Below are positions 60,778-64,000 of a stretch of 64,000 nucleotides of DNA, piece by piece. A program made the position numbers and the translations under genes. This stretch comes from an uncultured Desulfospira sp. GTDB lineage: Bacteria > Desulfobacterota > Desulfobacteria > Desulfobacterales > Desulfobacteraceae. The notes below the pieces were generated by a model that was not told the origin of the DNA, did no database searches, and was given only the letters and a program-made list of their open reading frames with translations. Position 1 is the first letter of the stretch, and every line of letters begins with the position of its first letter. The stretch spans positions 4,128,001 through 4,192,000 of the forward strand of contig OY760175.1 in NCBI GenBank assembly GCA_963663165.1, in the 5' to 3' direction.

Positions 60778-63082
60778 ATCGGGTAGGTCGGGGGCTTTAC
60801 AGCCCCTTTCCCCCCTCAGAACCGTACGTGACAGTTTCCCGTCATACGGCTCAAGCATTTCTAAGGCTGAGCCTTGCGGGGCCGCCCGGCTGTTTTCTCT
60901 TGCCAATGCTGAAATTTACAGTTATTTCATTACATATTTTCTCGGCCGCTGTGACAGGGATCACCTTTGGTTTCACCCGTCTTGCCCGGAAGTATTGTTG
61001 ATGTTCCGGGTCAAAAGGATTTGCATCGCTTTTGATTTTGATGTGCCGTTGGATATGTATGCTGTGCGCTTTGATGAGTTCGGATGTTCTCGGGTTGCCG
61101 TTTTTATCTTTGACCACCGTTGAGAACCGCCCCGGTTTTGAGCCCTTTGACCAGTACGTCTTTTTCAACCATTGGATGCTTTTATTCCGGTGACGTCGTT
61201 TCACCCATTGCCACGCTTCATTCCATATGTACCCGTCAACATAGCTGAAAGTTTTTGCTGAGACAACATGTTTGTGATAGTTCGCCCAACCCCTTATTTT
61301 CATGTTAAGATCATGAATCAGAGCCTCGGCTTTCGATCCCCGGTGCTTCCTGAACGTCTCGTGGATTTTATCCATGAAGGCCTGCACATTTTTCCTGGAT
61401 GGTTTAATGAGCAGTTTGCCGTCATACTTACGAACGTTTTGGCCCAGAAAATCGAATCCCCGGTCAATTCGGGTAATCAGGGTCTTTTCTTCAGACAGGG
61501 ATAGATCCCGTTCCGAGAGAAATCTGATTATGGCCGGTTTGACCTTGTCTTCAAGAAGTTCCCGGGTTGCACCGGTAATAATGAAATCATCAGCATACCG
61601 GATGACGTTGATTTTGGAACTGATGTCCTTACCGTTGCGTCTGTCCCTGACAGGGGCAACAGATCCGGCAGTCCCTTCAATGCCGTCCAGAACCATGTTG
61701 GCCAGTGTGGGAGAGGCAATGCCGCCTTGCGGTGTTCCCCGGCCTGTTGGAAAGAATTTACCGTCCTCCATAAACCCGGAAGCCAGCCATTTGGTAAGGA
61801 TCATCTTATCCATAGGGATATGGTCGATCATCCAGTCATGGCTGATTTCATCAAAGCAGGCTTTAATATCCGCTTCAAGTATCCAGACCGGCGAGGTTTT
61901 CTTGGCCAGTGTATTAAAGCATTGGGATATGGCGTCCGCACATCGCCTGTATGACCTGAATCCGTATGAATTGTGGTCGGCCAGTGTTTCTGCTATCGGC
62001 TCCAATGCCAGTTTATACAATGCCTGAACAGCCTGTCGATCATTGTGGGAATACTTAACGGACGTTTCTTGCCGTTCTTTTTGGGAATATAGATCCGCCT
62101 GAGCGGTGATGGCTGGTATCCTCTCCGTTTGAGGTTGCCTGCTGCCTGGAATTTCTTCCTGGCGGTTTTCCAGGTGACGTTGTCGACACCCGGAGTGCGT
62201 TTCCCTTTATTGGAGGTCACGCGTTTTACAGCTAACAGCTTTGCCTGGTAAGAGTGGGTCAGAAGCCACTGGAGGGCCTTGGCCCGTCCGTATCTTCCTT
62301 CTTTCACAGCCTTTGCGATACGCATTTGCAGTCTTTTAACAGCTTCATAAATGGCTTTCCAATGAATGGACTTCCAATTCCTGAAACTGCCGATGGGCGC
62401 ACCAGCTGTTGCCGTCATTTGCCTTCCCATCTTCAAAGATTCTCCAGACTATCTCGCAAAGAAACACCTGCCCGGGTGTGCCTGTAGCCACACCCGCCGG
62501 ACGTCAGCTCCCTTTCGGGCCGGATAATGTTGGGATGTTCTCCTCAATCCGTATCCACCTCATTACAAGATGGCCTTCGCTTTTTCCTGCATCTTACTCC
62601 CGCACCTCCATCAGTGTGCCTTACGGTTTCACCTGCCGAATACTCCCGGCGAAGATACGGGGTTTCCACGTTCCACACTATTGCCAATTAGTGGATGACT
62701 TAGGCCTGCCCTCTGTACCGGCGGCGCAACATCTCCGTGCAGGCAGTTAGGAAACCTGCAGCCTGACCGCTCACCTTTTGGTCCAAGCTTACCAGCCTCT
62801 TTAGCTTGTTCTCCCTGACGGTACTTACGGAACATTCAATTAATTTGACCATATCATCCAAACCCTTGCCCTCACCCGGAATGAGGCTTCCAGGAGGGTA
62901 TCCGCCTCACGGCTTCCACCCCTTCCGCAACTGCGGAATTCGGTACTTTGTCGGTTGGGCTTCACACCGTTGCCGGATGCACCGACCACCGCATGCCACC
63001 TAGGGTACCGGCAGGAGAATGCCGGGTTTGGTCAGGACCGACTGGCCCGCCAAACAGCCAATAATGCGACCTCGTGTCGCAC
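60778..63082 (-). mobile_element. Group IIB (CL-class) intron copy E, full length (~2.3 kb)
   Basis: 5' GTGCG, DV with AGC triad, DVI, 3' AT; RT ORF in DIV. Confidence 0.95.
60851..62436 (-). pseudogene. ltrA: Intron RT/maturase without HNH endonuclease; single frameshift near 62032
   Basis: RVT_N (WKSIHW...RLQMRIAKA), TPGVD, PQGG, YADD, GWANYH, ANPFDP. Confidence 0.9.
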
Positions 63083-63209
63083 CACGACGGGGAGCTCAGC
63101 CGCCCGGAGCGAGAACCGAGAACTTCCCCAAAATTAAATTCTTTTCAAAAACCAAGGTCTTTCAAAAAGCCGATAGCTCTCCGGGTCGGCCTGCAGCGTT
63201 TTGTTGTGC
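63083..63209 (-). other. attC site
   Basis: GCACAAC-AAAACGCTGCAGGCCG...CGGCTGAGCTCCCC-GTCGTG. Confidence 0.88.
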
Positions 63210-63212
63210 GAG

Positions 63213-63518
63213 TTATATTAAAGCCTCTAAGCCTTTTCTTTCCATGATATCCAACAATTTCCTTGAGGCTCCTGTAGGTTTTTTATTCCCCTGTTCCCAC
63301 TTCTGTACAGTAGAGGTACTAATATTGAAAACGCTTGCTAACGCAGCTTGGCTTAAATTAAATCTTTTTCGGATTTCGGTTATGTTTTTGGGGGAATAGT
63401 CTTTAACTTCTGGAAGACATAATTTTTCAATATTTCTTAAAGTAATGTCATCCACAAGCCCACTTTTATTTAAGTCCCTTACGGTTTCGGTAATTGAATC
63501 TGAAATTGATTTTCTCAT
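63213..63518 (-). CDS. XRE HTH antitoxin (HigA-like)
   Basis: LSQAALA...TVQKWEQGNKKP. Confidence 0.9.
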   Translation of the reverse strand: MRKSISDSITETVRDLNKSGLVDDITLRNIEKLCLPEVKDYSPKNITEIRKRFNLSQAALASVFNISTSTVQKWEQGNKKPTGASRKLLDIMERKGLEALI

Positions 63519-63883
63519 GTTGCCACCTCTTTTAAATCACCATTTTGGACTGCTATATCAATTTCCCTTTCAGAAAATGAAAGTAAAATTTTAGCAAGTT
63601 CCTTGAAGACAAATAGCTCTTTGGGTGAAAGGTTTGATTTTTCATTTTTTGAGAATCCATGGATGAAAATAATTCTGCTCCCTTTTTTATAGCAAACAAT
63701 CGTTCTTCCACTACCGCTTTTGCCTTGACCAGGGAACCGAATTCTTTTTTTGTAAATGTGTCCGCCCAAATTTGCTTCGTAATTTCCACTACCGACTTCT
63801 TCCAATGCTGTTTCCAAGTCATCGATCAGTATTTTTTGCTTTGAAGCCCATTTCGCAAAGTGCTTTGTCATTAATTTTCGCAT
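63515..63883 (-). CDS. RelE/HigB-family toxin
   Basis: ANLGGHIYKKRI...GKSGSGR...FSKNEKSN. Confidence 0.9.
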   Translation of the reverse strand: MRKLMTKHFAKWASKQKILIDDLETALEEVGSGNYEANLGGHIYKKRIRFPGQGKSGSGRTIVCYKKGSRIIFIHGFSKNEKSNLSPKELFVFKELAKILLSFSEREIDIAVQNGDLKEVAT

Positions 63884-63889
63884 AACAAC

Positions 63890-63918
63890 AATATAGCACC
63901 GGGTGACATGATTTTCAA
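63890..63918 (-). promoter_or_regulatory. TA promoter
   Basis: TTGAAA-17-TATATT, 6 nt before the ATG. Confidence 0.7.
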
Positions 63919-63951
63919 TATGTCTTTTTCTGTATCACGTTGGTTTTTAAC

Positions 63952-64000
63952 GCACAACGGGGAGCTCAGCCGCCCGGAGCGAGAACCGAGTACTTCCCAA
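63952..64000 (-). other. attC site, partial
   Basis: CGGCTGAGCTCCCC-GTTGTGC; complementary to GCACAAC at 63203-63209. Confidence 0.85.

Larger units (their letters stand above)
50627..64000 (-). mobile_element. Integron-type gene cassette array (distal end; integrase not in window)
   Basis: Related 116-131 bp imperfect palindromes with nnnnAAC...GTTnnnn boxes delimiting AT-rich ORF modules. Confidence 0.9.

Noticed and set aside
55809..62436. RT as part of a retron, DGR or defence RT system
   Set aside because: The RT lies inside GTGCG...DV-DVI-AT intron boundaries and has domain X; no msr/msd or TR/VR pair was seen, and the Avd-like gene is 30 kb away.
51322..63082. Known class IIC-attC introns
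   Set aside because: Long domain I, AGC triad, RVT_N-type protein, and insertion after R' in top-strand orientation do not fit IIC-attC.
1..64000. tRNA, rRNA or integron integrase genes
   Set aside because: None recognised by eye; a covariance search was not possible.

Overview
Chromosomal window that, from gene content, looks like a Desulfobacteraceae-type sulfate reducer (inference). About 5.9-50.3 kb is ordinary metabolic DNA: TRAP transporters, a leucine/isovalerate (liu-like) cluster, a GlcD/GlcF 2-hydroxyacid dehydrogenase with a FadR regulator, RlmN, a hybrid kinase and a RACo-type activator. The left 5.9 kb is AT-rich accessory DNA: a DUF4338 + DDE transposase element, an FG-GAP surface protein gene split by an IS110 element, and a degenerate attC. 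The right 13.4 kb is the tail of an integron-type cassette array on the minus strand, with six attC sites (one running off the window), one attC remnant and no integrase in the window. Six of its seven cassettes are type II toxin-antitoxin pairs. Five copies of a chloroplast-like (IIB) group II intron sit at cassette starts: two carry a damaged RT and three are ORF-less. Their predicted EBS1/EBS2 sequences are complementary to the 3' end of attC (CTCCC-C-GTTnnn), which differs from the known IIC-attC introns. A second notable system is a family of ~90-115 bp mini-elements that share end architecture with the IS110 element, one nested inside another.
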